A stretch of DNA of 59,162 bases, the filler included. It is 8 parts of 8 records of this genome, joined end to end, with 100 filler letters (N's around TTAATTAATTAA, not from the genome) between each part and the next. Parts side by side here need not be neighbours in the genome. Positions count along the whole stretch, not along the records: positions 46,567 to 52,525 come from SRR31156797_57246; positions 52,626 to 59,162 come from SRR31156797_57352; 6 more parts are not named here. The stretch is one strand, 5' to 3'. The notes under the pieces were generated by a model, which ran no database searches, was not told where the DNA came from, and was given only the letters and a program-made list of their open reading frames with translations. Shown piece after piece: positions 47,195 to 57,014 of the stretch (position 1 is the stretch's first letter; the number at the start of each line of letters is the position of its first letter). The translations under genes and the position numbers were made by a program.

Positions 47195-47944
47195 ATGAAA
47201 GTTCGTCAAAGCCCCATGGGCGCAGATTCCGGCGCCGATCTTCCGCTGTACCAGCAAATTAAGCGCTACATCCTGGAGAAAATTCAGGCCGGAGAACTGC
47301 TGCCGGGGCGGCGCATCCCCTCGGAGCATGAACTGGTGGAAACCCTCAAGGTCTCCCGCATGACCGTTAACCGGGCCTTGCGCGAACTGACCGAAAACGG
47401 TTACCTGACCCGCCAGGCCGGGGTGGGCACCTTTGTGGCCGAACAAAAACCGTTGGCCCGGCTGTTGGAGGTGGTTTCAATCGCAGAGGAGATCAAGAGG
47501 GTCGGCGGCCTGCACACCAGTTCGGTGCATGTATTGGAAGCAGTGCCCTGCTCACGGGAAGTGGCGAGCGCCTTGGAACTTGCCCCCGGTGAAACGGTTT
47601 TCCATTCCCTCATCGTGCACAAGAAAAACGGGGTCCCCGTGCAGTTGGCCGAACGTTGGGTGAACCCGGCCGTTGCGCCCGACTATCTGGAACAGGATTA
47701 CACTGAGATGACGCCCCATGAGTACATCCAGAGAGTGGCGCCGGTCCAGGAGGCTCAACATATATTAGAGGCGGTCTTGCCGGATGATGCCGTTCAGAAA
47801 TTATTGGAGATCGGCCCTCATGAGCCCTGCATCTTGTTGGCCAGGCGAACCTGGGCACTAAACCGGGTTGCAACGGACAATCGGTTTACCTATCCCGGTT
47901 CCCGTTACCGTATGGGCTCCCGCTTTAAAACGCCCATTGAATGA
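47195..47944 (+). CDS. hutC: Histidine utilisation repressor HutC (GntR/UTRA)
   Basis: PLYQQIK..I, RIPSEHELV, VSRMTVNRALREL, GVGTFVAE, VNPAVAPDYL.QD, YPGSRY; divergent from hutU. Confidence 0.95.
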   Translation: MKVRQSPMGADSGADLPLYQQIKRYILEKIQAGELLPGRRIPSEHELVETLKVSRMTVNRALRELTENGYLTRQAGVGTFVAEQKPLARLLEVVSIAEEIKRVGGLHTSSVHVLEAVPCSREVASALELAPGETVFHSLIVHKKNGVPVQLAERWVNPAVAPDYLEQDYTEMTPHEYIQRVAPVQEAQHILEAVLPDDAVQKLLEIGPHEPCILLARRTWALNRVATDNRFTYPGSRYRMGSRFKTPIE

Positions 47945-48193
47945 ACGGCCCCATCAGGTAATCTTGCTGCCGTCTAAAAACTAAAATGCCGCCCAATGGG
48001 GTGTAAATGTCCGTTCGCCGGTGGCCCCGGAAAGTTCGTGAACAGGCAGGGCATTTTTCTAAAAGCGGTTGAATCAGGATCAAGTTTTTTCTATATTGGC
48101 GTCGTCAATTAGGAAATAGAAAAAAAGTGAACCCATCCCCCAATCGGGCGATGAATTTGCTCCTAGATCTGTTAATATTCCAATCAGGCTGCC

Positions 48194-48661
48194 ATGAAGA
48201 TTGTGCCTGCCCAATCATATGACCAACTTGAACGCATCCGGTCGTTGTTTCGCGAATACGAAGCTTTTCTCGGGGTGGACCTCTCGTTTCAGGACTTTGA
48301 AGCGGAACTGGCGACTCTACCCGGTAGGTATGCATCGCCGGAGGGCGCGCTGCTCTTGGCCACGGTGGGAGGTAAAGCGGCCGGATGCGTCGCCATGCGA
48401 AAACAGGGGCCGGGCGTCTGCGAAATGAAGCGGCTTTACGTGAGACCGTCATTCCTGAAACAGGGGGTGGGGAAGGGGCTTTCCATGGCCGTTATCGGCA
48501 GGGCGAGGGAAGCGGGCTATGGGAGAATGGTTCTGGACACCCTTGAAACCCTGCAAGAGGCCATGGGTCTGTACGCGCAACTGGGATTCAGGAGGCGGAC
48601 CGCATACTATCTCAACCCCCTGCCCGGCGTTATTTATTGGGAACTTGACTTGAAAGGCTGA
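48194..48661 (+). CDS. GNAT family N-acetyltransferase
   Basis: LFREY...LGVDLSFQDFEAELATLPGRY, CEMKRLYVRP...QGVG, LDTL...A..LY..LGF. Confidence 0.93.
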   Translation: MKIVPAQSYDQLERIRSLFREYEAFLGVDLSFQDFEAELATLPGRYASPEGALLLATVGGKAAGCVAMRKQGPGVCEMKRLYVRPSFLKQGVGKGLSMAVIGRAREAGYGRMVLDTLETLQEAMGLYAQLGFRRRTAYYLNPLPGVIYWELDLKG

Positions 48662-48669
48662 ATGAAAGT

Positions 48670-49191
48670 ATGGAACGGAAAAAAACAATTCATTGGCATG
48701 ATCCTGAATTGAGCAAAAGGGATGCCGCGTCCATTTCGGGATTGGATTATCTGAAAGGCATCAAGGAAGGCCGAAGGGAACCGCCTCCAGTGGCCATGCT
48801 CATCGGATACCGGATATCGGATGTGGATGCAGGCTTTGCGGCGTTTGAGCTCGACCCCATGGAATGTCACTACAACCCTTTTTCCACGGTTCACGGGGGC
48901 ATTATGTCCCTATTGCTCGATACGACCATGACGGCATCCGTCCTGTCGACCCTTGAGAAGGGGTTTGGTTGCGCGACTGTTGAGATGAAGGTCAATTTCA
49001 TAAAACCGGTGACTGAAAAAACCGGTCTTGTCACATGCGAGGCCCGTCCGGTTCATGTGGGAAAACGGCTGGCCACCGTGGAAGGCCGCATAAGGGATAA
49101 GAGGGGCCGCATATTGGCCCACGGCGTGAGCACTTGTTCCGTTTTTAAGGTCGAAAGGGCACTGAAATTAAAAGGAGGGAGTCAACCATGA
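48670..49191 (+). CDS. PaaI family hotdog-fold thioesterase
   Basis: HYNPFSTVHGGIMSLLLDT, TVEMKVNFIKPV. Confidence 0.92.
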   Translation: MERKKTIHWHDPELSKRDAASISGLDYLKGIKEGRREPPPVAMLIGYRISDVDAGFAAFELDPMECHYNPFSTVHGGIMSLLLDTTMTASVLSTLEKGFGCATVEMKVNFIKPVTEKTGLVTCEARPVHVGKRLATVEGRIRDKRGRILAHGVSTCSVFKVERALKLKGGSQP

Positions 49192-49403
49192 ATTCCGTGC
49201 TCTCCGCCGGTTTGAAGGAAACACAAAAATCATGCAGCATCTGCCGTGTGGAAATCAAGGCAGGAGAAGCATACCATTATCATTCAAAAGTGTTGTGTGA
49301 AGATTGCTGTATCGCTATCCGTACGCCGCGTGTTCGAAAAACCCATTGGCAGTATATCGGTTCCATAAAAACAGAATATTTAACGCCGAGCAAGAGTGTC
49401 TAA
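49188..49403 (+). CDS. Small Cys-rich putative zinc-binding protein
   Basis: CSIC-x17-CEDC; AAGGAGG RBS; ATGA overlap with the paaI-like stop. Confidence 0.75.
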   Translation: MNSVLSAGLKETQKSCSICRVEIKAGEAYHYHSKVLCEDCCIAIRTPRVRKTHWQYIGSIKTEYLTPSKSV

Positions 49404-49499
49404 TTTTTAGGGTTTTAGGTCATAAAACTGAATTGTGGGTGCTCGGGCATCTTCTTTCCGTGAGAGGAGAAAAATAGTGTCGCGTTGATCATGCAGCAA

Positions 49500-49542
49500 T
49501 TAAAAGCCGACGTATCTTTCCAAACAATACGTCGGCTTTTAA
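49500..49542. terminator. Bidirectional intrinsic terminator between convergent genes
   Basis: TTAAAAGCCGACGTAT-N11-ATACGTCGGCTTTTAA: perfect 16-bp inverted repeat with A and T tails. Confidence 0.8.
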
Positions 49543-49693
49543 AGTTGTATTCTGCCAATCCAAAAAACTTTTGAGAATTGGGCCATGCCTGTCAGGAACT
49601 GGAAATCAGCTATGGCCCGTTTTTTATTGAATATGAAAGTCGGTGTGTTGAAATCCGAGCATAAGCAGTTACGCGGACTACCTTACGACGTCG

Positions 49694-51166
49694 CTAAAAG
49701 GGCCATTCCCGATATTCGTTCTGGACTGAAACCCACTTTACGGTAGTAAAATCGTCAATCGCCCATTGTACGCCGCAATACCTACCCAGACCAGAGCCTT
49801 TTTCTCCACCGAACGGAGCGCCCGGATCAACATTAACTGTCTGGTCATTAACATGAATCATGCCTGTTTCGATTTGCTCTGCAACATCAATTCCCCGCTC
49901 AAGGGACCCGGAAAAGACAGCGCCGCTTAATCCGAAATCACTGTCATTGGCAATCTTAATGGCCTCTTCTTCATTATCAACAGGTATAATCGTGGCAACA
50001 GGACCAAAAAGTTCCGTTTGGGCGATTGTCATATCATTGGTTACATCTATAACAATAGACGGCCACATTAGATTCCCTTCGACCTTCCCGCGGATTATAA
50101 CTTTTGCACCTTCACTAGCGCAGCCGTCTAATATTTTGATTAATTTATCGATCGGTTTTTGGGTGATCATTGGACCAATGATTGTATCCGGATCTGCCGG
50201 ATTCCCGACTTTAACGTTTTTTGTTACTTCCTTAAACCTATCAACAAATTCCCTATAAACGCTACGATCAACGATAATACGGTTGCTTGCGATGCAAATT
50301 TGGCCTTGATGGAAGTATCTGCCAAATGCCGCGGCGGAAACGGCTTGATCAACATCGGCATCGTCAAGAACGATAAACGCATTATTTCCACCCAGTTCAA
50401 GCGCTGCTTTCTTTAGATTTTTCCCGGCGATTTCACCGATGCGTTTTCCTACTTCTGTGGAACCGGTAAACGAAATAACGCTTGGGATAGGATGTTCAAC
50501 CATATAATCGCCGATTTCTCCGGGAGAAGCCGCCACCACGCTCAATAACCCTTTGGGAAGGCCGGCATCTTCAAAGATTTTGGCTATTATTAGTCCGCCC
50601 GTAATAGGGGTAAGAGATGCCGCTTTTAACACAACGCTGTTTCCGGCTGCTAGAGCTGCCGCTAAACCGCGAACACTCAAATAAAGAGGCCAATTCCATG
50701 GGGAGATCATTCCCATGACGCCGATAGGGATACGATAAACTCTATTCTCCTTTCCCGGCACATTCGAAGGGAACATCTTCGTGTTCATCATCAATGGATA
50801 TTTCATTGCTTCCTTTATATCCGAAATAGAACAATCCACCTCGACGCCTGCCTTAATGCGTGAACTCCCGGTTTCTTCTATTAACAAATTCACAAGTTCT
50901 TCTTTTCGTTCAGCAAAGAGCGCCGCCACCCTTTCCATGAGACCTATTTTTTCATAAGCGGGAACATCCGCCCAATTTTTTTGCTTTTCTTTTGCAATTT
51001 TGTAGGCATCATCAATATCCTGCTTGTTTGCCAGCTTTATATCAACAAGAGCCTCGCCATCATATGGATTCGTGACAGATACGATCCTATCGCTAGACCC
51101 TTCTTTCCATTCACCCCCAATATATTGTTTGTTCCAAGATCCATATTTATCCGGTGTTTTTGACAT
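49694..51166 (-). CDS. NAD(P)-dependent aldehyde dehydrogenase (aromatic aldehyde dehydrogenase-like)
   Basis: ISPWNWP, SFTGSTEVG, LELGGN, FHQGQICIA, ELFGPV, PFGGEKGSGLGR; AGGAG RBS before ATG 51166. Confidence 0.93.
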   Translation of the reverse strand: MSKTPDKYGSWNKQYIGGEWKEGSSDRIVSVTNPYDGEALVDIKLANKQDIDDAYKIAKEKQKNWADVPAYEKIGLMERVAALFAERKEELVNLLIEETGSSRIKAGVEVDCSISDIKEAMKYPLMMNTKMFPSNVPGKENRVYRIPIGVMGMISPWNWPLYLSVRGLAAALAAGNSVVLKAASLTPITGGLIIAKIFEDAGLPKGLLSVVAASPGEIGDYMVEHPIPSVISFTGSTEVGKRIGEIAGKNLKKAALELGGNNAFIVLDDADVDQAVSAAAFGRYFHQGQICIASNRIIVDRSVYREFVDRFKEVTKNVKVGNPADPDTIIGPMITQKPIDKLIKILDGCASEGAKVIIRGKVEGNLMWPSIVIDVTNDMTIAQTELFGPVATIIPVDNEEEAIKIANDSDFGLSGAVFSGSLERGIDVAEQIETGMIHVNDQTVNVDPGAPFGGEKGSGLGRYCGVQWAIDDFTTVKWVSVQNEYREWPF

Positions 51167-51470
51167 GACGTTTACTCCTTCTAAGTTATTCATTGCTTTT
51201 TTAACAAGCGGAATAAATTATAATTTCGGAAAACTTTCATTTTATTAATATCGGAAATGTCCATTGGACTTAATATTCACGCATAATTACGTAGGCATTC
51301 TCAATAATGCTTGGAATTTAACAACCGATGCTTTAAATTTTTTCCATTTACAAGTTCATGGCCCCATTTTTCCAATCCTCCCATCAGAGTTATATTTTAT
51401 GCCTACGATTGTAATCCGAACTATATCAATTAAGGCGGTCTCCTAAAAAATGACTGAGCTTTGTTGGTCG

Positions 51471-52472
51471 TCAGCGTTTGTTTTGCTCCATCTCATAAGC
51501 AACGTCGATAATCATATCTTCCTGGCCGCCCACAACCTTTCTTCGGCCTAGCTCAATCAAAATATCCCTAACATCCACGTTAAAACGCTTGGATGCCCGT
51601 TCAGCGTGAAGCATGAAGCTGGAATACACGCCTGCGTACCCCAACATTAATTTGGAAGAAAGATCTTCCTTTATACTGGGCTTTAATGGCGATGCCAGCT
51701 CAGCGGCATCAATCGACTTGTAAAGATCTAAGCCGCAATCCACTTCATATCTTTCCAGCACGGCTGCAACAATCTCAGTCGATGCATTGCCGCCGCCGGC
51801 CCCCATGGCGCAAAGGGAACTGTCGGTAAAATCCGCCCCGCTGTCCACCGCGGCAAGGACGTTGGCCACCGCCAGGCCCATGTTGTTGTGCGCATGAAAG
51901 CCGACTTTGCAGCCGATGGAATCTTTCATGGCCTTAACCCTTCCGGCAACCTCATCAGGGAGCATAAAACCTGCTGAATCAACGACATAAACCACATCAG
52001 CGCCATAGCTCTCCATCAATTTGGCATTTTTTACCATGACATCTATTGGCGCCATATGGGCCATCATGAGGAAATTGACGCTTTCCATGCCAAATTCTTT
52101 CGTCAACCCGATATGCTGTTCGGCGATGTCGGCTTCTGTGGTATGGGTTGCAACTCTGGCAATTGAAACGCCGGCTGCCTTGGCAATTTTCAGGTCTTCC
52201 TGGGTGCCGATCCCCGGCAAGAGGAGTATGGCTAATTTCGCACGACGCAGCACTTTTGAGACGGCGTTTAGGTATTCATCATCTGAATGACGGGAAAAAC
52301 CATACTGGATGCTTGATCCGCCCAAACCGTCGCCATGACAGGCTTCGATTGCATAAACGCCGGCTTCATCCAGCGCCTTGGCGATATCCGCCATCTGTTC
52401 AATTGTAAACTGATGTGAAACGGTGTGCATGCCATCGCGCAATGTGGTATCAATTATCTTTATCTGTCTCAT
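51471..52472 (-). CDS. dmpG: 4-hydroxy-2-oxovalerate aldolase
   Basis: DTTLRDGMH, HGDGLGGSSIQYGF, LLLPGIGT, RVATH.TEAD, LMMAH, GFHAHNN, GYAGVYSSF, VGGQEDMI. Confidence 0.95.
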   Translation of the reverse strand: MRQIKIIDTTLRDGMHTVSHQFTIEQMADIAKALDEAGVYAIEACHGDGLGGSSIQYGFSRHSDDEYLNAVSKVLRRAKLAILLLPGIGTQEDLKIAKAAGVSIARVATHTTEADIAEQHIGLTKEFGMESVNFLMMAHMAPIDVMVKNAKLMESYGADVVYVVDSAGFMLPDEVAGRVKAMKDSIGCKVGFHAHNNMGLAVANVLAAVDSGADFTDSSLCAMGAGGGNASTEIVAAVLERYEVDCGLDLYKSIDAAELASPLKPSIKEDLSSKLMLGYAGVYSSFMLHAERASKRFNVDVRDILIELGRRKVVGGQEDMIIDVAYEMEQNKR

Positions 52473-52525
52473 CTGGTGAGGACTCCTTATTAGTGAGCGC
52501 CCATCCACAAATGGCCAATTTGCCC

Positions 52526-52625
52526 NNNNNNNNNNNNNNNNNNNNNNNNNNNNNNNNNNNNNNNNNNNNTTAATTAATTAANNNNNNNNNNNNNNNNNNN
52601 NNNNNNNNNNNNNNNNNNNNNNNNN
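52526..52625. other. Artificial contig linker 7
   Basis: N-run, TTAATTAATTAA, N-run. Confidence 0.99.
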
Positions 52626-52654
52626 AGCGCGGCTACCAATTACGCCACATCCGC
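52626..52654 (-). tRNA. 5' fragment of a tRNA gene, probably tRNA-Leu, cut by the contig edge
   Basis: Minus strand GCGGATGTGGCGTAATTGGTAGCCGCGCT gives the acceptor 5' strand and a D-arm with TGGTAG. The anticodon is not visible, so the isotype is inferred. Promoter box 15 nt upstream. Confidence 0.8.
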
Positions 52655-52669
52655 GGGTTAATTGCGGTG

Positions 52670-52677
52670 CAAATATA
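52670..52677 (-). promoter_or_regulatory. Bacteroidota-type -7 promoter box for the tRNA
   Basis: TATATTTG matches TAnnTTTG; TTG about 20 nt further upstream. Confidence 0.7.
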
Positions 52678-52794
52678 GAGCTGTTTTTTAATATTTGCAA
52701 TAGCAATCAGAAAAAAAATAATATTTTTTCAAGCTAATATTATTAGAGAGAATTGTCAATTTATATTGAGTTTTTATAAGTCAGTGAAAACAAC

Positions 52795-53529
52795 TTATTT
52801 GACAGGTTTTCTTAGTTCAAAGTTCTTACCTAAATATACTCTTCTAACATCTTCGTCGGCTGCTAATTCTTCTGCCGTACCCGATTTTAAAATATTTCCT
52901 TCGAACAGAAGATATGCTCTTTCGGTGATTGAAAGTGTTTCCTGAACGTTATGGTCTGTAATTAGAATTCCAATGTTTTTATCTTTCAGATGGCGAACAA
53001 TATCCTGGATATCTTCTACTGCAATAGGATCTACTCCAGCAAAGGGCTCATCTAAAAGTATAAATTTTGGTTTAATGGAAAGTGCTCTGGCAATTTCGGT
53101 ACGTCGACGTTCTCCACCTGATAACTGAATACCTAAACTTTTGCGGATTTTTTGTAAGCTGAATTCATTCAACATTTCTTCTAATCGCTGTTCTTGATAT
53201 TCTTTTGAAAAATCAGACATTTGTAATACCGCTCGAATGTTGTCTTCAACACTAAGTTTTCGAAAAACAGATGCTTCCTGAGCCAAATATCCAACTCCTA
53301 ACTGAGCACGTTTGTAAACCGGTTCGTTTGTAATTTCTCTTTCATCAAGATAGATTCTTCCACCATTTGGTTGAATTAGACCAACAATCATGTAAAATGA
53401 AGTTGTTTTGCCGGCTCCATTAGGACCTAGTAAACCAACAATTTCTCCTTGTTTTACATTTACGGAAACACCTTTTACAACCGTACGGCTTTTGTATCGT
53501 TTAATTAAATTTTCAGCTCTTAATATCAT
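52795..53529 (-). CDS. lptB: LPS export ABC transporter ATPase LptB
   Basis: [68 protein letters not shown]. Confidence 0.97.
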   Translation of the reverse strand: MILRAENLIKRYKSRTVVKGVSVNVKQGEIVGLLGPNGAGKTTSFYMIVGLIQPNGGRIYLDEREITNEPVYKRAQLGVGYLAQEASVFRKLSVEDNIRAVLQMSDFSKEYQEQRLEEMLNEFSLQKIRKSLGIQLSGGERRRTEIARALSIKPKFILLDEPFAGVDPIAVEDIQDIVRHLKDKNIGILITDHNVQETLSITERAYLLFEGNILKSGTAEELAADEDVRRVYLGKNFELRKPVK

Positions 53530-53563
53530 CGTAATCCAATTGGTTTTAACTGTTGGAATTGTG

Positions 53564-53571
53564 CAAATATA
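53564..53571 (-). promoter_or_regulatory. Bacteroidota-type -7 promoter box for lptB
   Basis: TATATTTG 34 nt upstream of the ATG. Confidence 0.65.
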
Positions 53572-53583
53572 AAAAAGATATCC

Positions 53584-56085
53584 TTAGAATGTGATTTGTA
53601 GCATAGCTCGGATACCAAAATCTTCAAAATCCTGATATGGGTTGTCATCAAGATGAGTTAACCTCCACATAGCATCAATTCGAATAAATTTGAATATATT
53701 TTCGATTCCAACACTTGCTTCAAAATAAGGTTCACTCACATCGGAAAGTCCTTGTGGAAATAACATTTCAGAATCCGAATTGGCTAAGGATCCATTGTTT
53801 TTATCACTTAGACTACCAATTAATCCTTTACCCGAAACCACAGTTCTCCATTTCAATTTCCTGAAAAGAGGAATTTTATTTAGGATAAGACCGTTGAAAT
53901 GATGTTCTACAAATAAACTTGCGTATTGATCACTGGCAAATTCATAGTAATTCATCATATTGAATGCATACGGATCAAAAGCGTAAGTTTCGTTTCCTTC
54001 ATGTAAAGAGAGTAGAGGATATGGAACTTTTCCAAATAGTTTTCCGGCTGATGCTAGAAAATACAAATTACCAAGCGGAGGTAATTCAAAAGTATGTTCA
54101 ACGCTTAAATCTATTTTTTGATAATCGTAATCTGAACCCAATACATTTTTCATACCCATTGTTAGATATAGGTTTACAATTGGAACGGGTCCACCCAAAT
54201 GAACTCTTTCGAATTCTCCCATTACCACTTTCTCGTTTTTGGTCCAGCGAGTTCTTAATTCCAGCTCCGATGTTTTAATTCTTGAGATAGGATTGTCAAG
54301 CGGATCTAAAAATGGGACAAATTCTGTTGGTTTTATATCACGATATCTAAATTTTAATGTGTTTGAAAAACCTTGAAACCATTCTTTTTCGTAATGAGTT
54401 TCCAGTTGATTCAACATTGTGAGTTTATTGTTTGGATTTCTCTTAAGCAAAGAAGCCAAAATGTTACCTTCTGTAAAAGCATTAGGACTTTTACCAAGTT
54501 GGTGAATATCGTGCTTGTATTGTACCCCAAAAGTTTCTCGAGGTAATTTGTTAATCATGTATAGGAAACCAAGTCCATATTTCAGTTTCTCATCCTTTGT
54601 TCCGTAGGCTAAATGACCATTCAACATTATTTTAGTACTGAAATCGTTAGATGTTCTACCACCAAACATGAAACGGTTTCCTTCAATTTCGTTAAAACTA
54701 TAGAGTTTATAGTACGGACCATATTCAAATTTGCCTTTCACATAGTAGCCGGTAATAAATGTGGTTACTATATCAACAATGTTTTTATAAAGAGGAACAT
54801 TTTGTATAGAATCTACCATAGAATATATTCCCGATTCTCTTTCAGATAATTTAAAAGGTCTCGCATCATCCCAATATTCTTTGGGTTGTAAGAGTGCATC
54901 TTCATTTACAATTACATTATTGTCTAGTTTAATAATTTCATCCTGAATAGGAACATTTACTTTAACATCCTTGTAGGATATGGTTTTTCTTCCAAAGAAT
55001 CCCATTTGTTTTGTGGAATCCTTTTCGGATAACATGAAATCGACAAACAGGTTTTGTTTTTTCAGAAACCAGGTTGTATCATTTAGTTTTTGATATTCAT
55101 TATTACTTACTAAATCTTTTACCCAGTTTAAATTCACTCCTTTGGCAATACGCATTTGCATATTTTGGATCGCAAAAGTTGTATCAGCAACCCAAAAATC
55201 ACCAACAAAGGTAGGTTCTTGTTTTCGTTTAGGTTTAAACGACATGTGATAACACCAATTTCCATCTCGGTAGGCACTATCTGTTAAGTAGTATTTATAA
55301 TATCTTAAACCTCCATCTGCAATTGGGCTAACGAATCCCATATTAAATAGATCGATGAAGTTGTCATAGATGTTGATATTTTGATGCAATTGACCTGTGA
55401 ACTGAGCAAGGCTGGCATTGTCTTGAATTCCCGACATTTGAGATGCTTTTATAATTTCTCGCTCAACTCTTGGTTTATCTTGATAGTAATAATCAGATAA
55501 GGATTCGGTTATGAATACTGGCAAATAAGCTTTCCCTGTAATGACGGATGTGTCCATATAATCAAAAACAAACTGAAATTGACGCATAATTTTCTTGTCC
55601 TTGAAATCATCTTTGATGTTGTTCAAGTCCATTTCCATTTTTGTGTAGGTCTCAGCCTGATAAGAGTTAAATCGGGAAGGATCATTTTTATCCTTTTTTG
55701 CAATTATTCTTCGTAGTAAAACGTGCGCTGGATTTTCTCCTGGAACAACAATGACCTCTTGTAAATCGAAAGTTTCAGATTCTAATTTTACATTCAAGGT
55801 TTGAAATTTACCTTTTTGTACTTTAAAAGCTTGTTCTTTATAGCCAACAAAAGAAACATGCAAGGTGTCTGATGGAGTTCTGGTTTCCAGAAAATAGTTT
55901 CCATCAAAATCTGAGGTTGTTCCAATGGTTGTTCCTTTAAAGGCAATGTTTACAAAAGGTAATGGTTGATTCGTTTTCGAATCGACAATAACACCTCTGA
56001 TTTTCGTAGATTGTCCAATAGCAGCAAATTGTATGAACAATAAGAGAATTGTTAAAAAGAATAATCCTTTTTTTACCTGCATCAT
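53584..56085 (-). CDS. Outer-membrane protein with carboxypeptidase-regulatory-like N-domain and DUF5686
   Basis: Signal peptide, IRGVIVDSKTNQPLPFVNI..GTTSDFDGNY..SFVGY, ENPAH, FVSPIA...YYKYYL, PYFEASVGIENIFK, terminal Phe. Confidence 0.88.
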   Translation of the reverse strand: MMQVKKGLFFLTILLLFIQFAAIGQSTKIRGVIVDSKTNQPLPFVNIAFKGTTIGTTSDFDGNYFLETRTPSDTLHVSFVGYKEQAFKVQKGKFQTLNVKLESETFDLQEVIVVPGENPAHVLLRRIIAKKDKNDPSRFNSYQAETYTKMEMDLNNIKDDFKDKKIMRQFQFVFDYMDTSVITGKAYLPVFITESLSDYYYQDKPRVEREIIKASQMSGIQDNASLAQFTGQLHQNINIYDNFIDLFNMGFVSPIADGGLRYYKYYLTDSAYRDGNWCYHMSFKPKRKQEPTFVGDFWVADTTFAIQNMQMRIAKGVNLNWVKDLVSNNEYQKLNDTTWFLKKQNLFVDFMLSEKDSTKQMGFFGRKTISYKDVKVNVPIQDEIIKLDNNVIVNEDALLQPKEYWDDARPFKLSERESGIYSMVDSIQNVPLYKNIVDIVTTFITGYYVKGKFEYGPYYKLYSFNEIEGNRFMFGGRTSNDFSTKIMLNGHLAYGTKDEKLKYGLGFLYMINKLPRETFGVQYKHDIHQLGKSPNAFTEGNILASLLKRNPNNKLTMLNQLETHYEKEWFQGFSNTLKFRYRDIKPTEFVPFLDPLDNPISRIKTSELELRTRWTKNEKVVMGEFERVHLGGPVPIVNLYLTMGMKNVLGSDYDYQKIDLSVEHTFELPPLGNLYFLASAGKLFGKVPYPLLSLHEGNETYAFDPYAFNMMNYYEFASDQYASLFVEHHFNGLILNKIPLFRKLKWRTVVSGKGLIGSLSDKNNGSLANSDSEMLFPQGLSDVSEPYFEASVGIENIFKFIRIDAMWRLTHLDDNPYQDFEDFGIRAMLQITF

Positions 56086-56162
56086 GATTATAGTATAATA
56101 GTCCGATAGGCAAGCTACCGGACAATTTAGTCAAATGTTATACAATATTTCTTTGTAAAGGT

Positions 56163-56987
56163 TTATTCCAAAGCGGCTTCTTGATTTTTTTGAACACGCT
56201 TTGAAATTCTAATTCCAATTTCGTATAGCAGCATTAGTGGCATGCAAACCAGCACCTGACTGAATATATCAGGAGGTGTAATAATGGCTGACAAAATCAA
56301 AATCATTACAACAGAATGTTTTCTGTATTTTCTTAAAAATTCAGGAGATACCAAGCCTATTTTGCTCAAAAAGAAAATTAGTACAGGTAGCTCGAAAATA
56401 ACTCCACTTGCCAAGACAATTGAAGTTACAGATGAGATGTAGGATTTTAGGTTTATCTGATTCATAACCTGATCACTTACGCTGTAAGATCCTAGGAAGT
56501 GAACGGATAGTGGGGTAATAACATAATAGCCAAAAAGAACACCTAGTGCGAATAAAAAACTGGTGTAAAAAATAGATCCGCGAGCGTGTTTCTTTTCGTT
56601 TGAGTAAAGTGCTGGTTTAATAAAGCACCAAAACTCATAGAATATATATGGAAAACTTGCAATTATACCCGCAACAAGAGAAACACTAATGTGCGTGGCA
56701 AATTGTCCTGCCATATTGATATTGATAACCTGAAAAGGTTTTGTGTTAATTTTTAAGGCTTCTACACCAGTGATATCTGCTAGCTTTGCAAACATGGTAT
56801 TGGTGAAGAAGTCTGGATTTTTTGGAGCTAAAATCAAATAATTGAAAATGAAATCGTAAAACACAAAAGCCGCAATTGCAAATACCATTACTGCAATAAC
56901 TGAACGCATTAAATGCCAACGCAATTCTTCAAGATGTTCAAGAAAACTCATTTGGTTTTCTTCTTTTGGCTTTTCGTTTTCTGACAT
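56163..56987 (-). CDS. tatC: Twin-arginine translocase subunit TatC
   Basis: MSFLEHLEELRW, FIKPALY..EK, FELPV, SAIITPPD, LLYEI. Confidence 0.97.
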   Translation of the reverse strand: MSENEKPKEENQMSFLEHLEELRWHLMRSVIAVMVFAIAAFVFYDFIFNYLILAPKNPDFFTNTMFAKLADITGVEALKINTKPFQVININMAGQFATHISVSLVAGIIASFPYIFYEFWCFIKPALYSNEKKHARGSIFYTSFLFALGVLFGYYVITPLSVHFLGSYSVSDQVMNQINLKSYISSVTSIVLASGVIFELPVLIFFLSKIGLVSPEFLRKYRKHSVVMILILSAIITPPDIFSQVLVCMPLMLLYEIGIRISKRVQKNQEAALE

Positions 56988-57006
56988 AGTTGATTTTTTT
57001 GTAAAG

Positions 57007-57014
57007 CAAATATA
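57007..57014 (-). promoter_or_regulatory. Bacteroidota-type -7 promoter box for tatC
   Basis: TATATTTG immediately after the kdsD stop, 19 nt upstream of the tatC ATG. Confidence 0.6.

Noticed and set aside
8540..52625. Seven identical N-flanked TTAATTAATTAA motifs, and any gene linkage across them
   Set aside because: Artificial concatenation linkers with stops in all six frames. Genes on either side are from unrelated contigs, and ORF ends containing X...LIN are artefacts.
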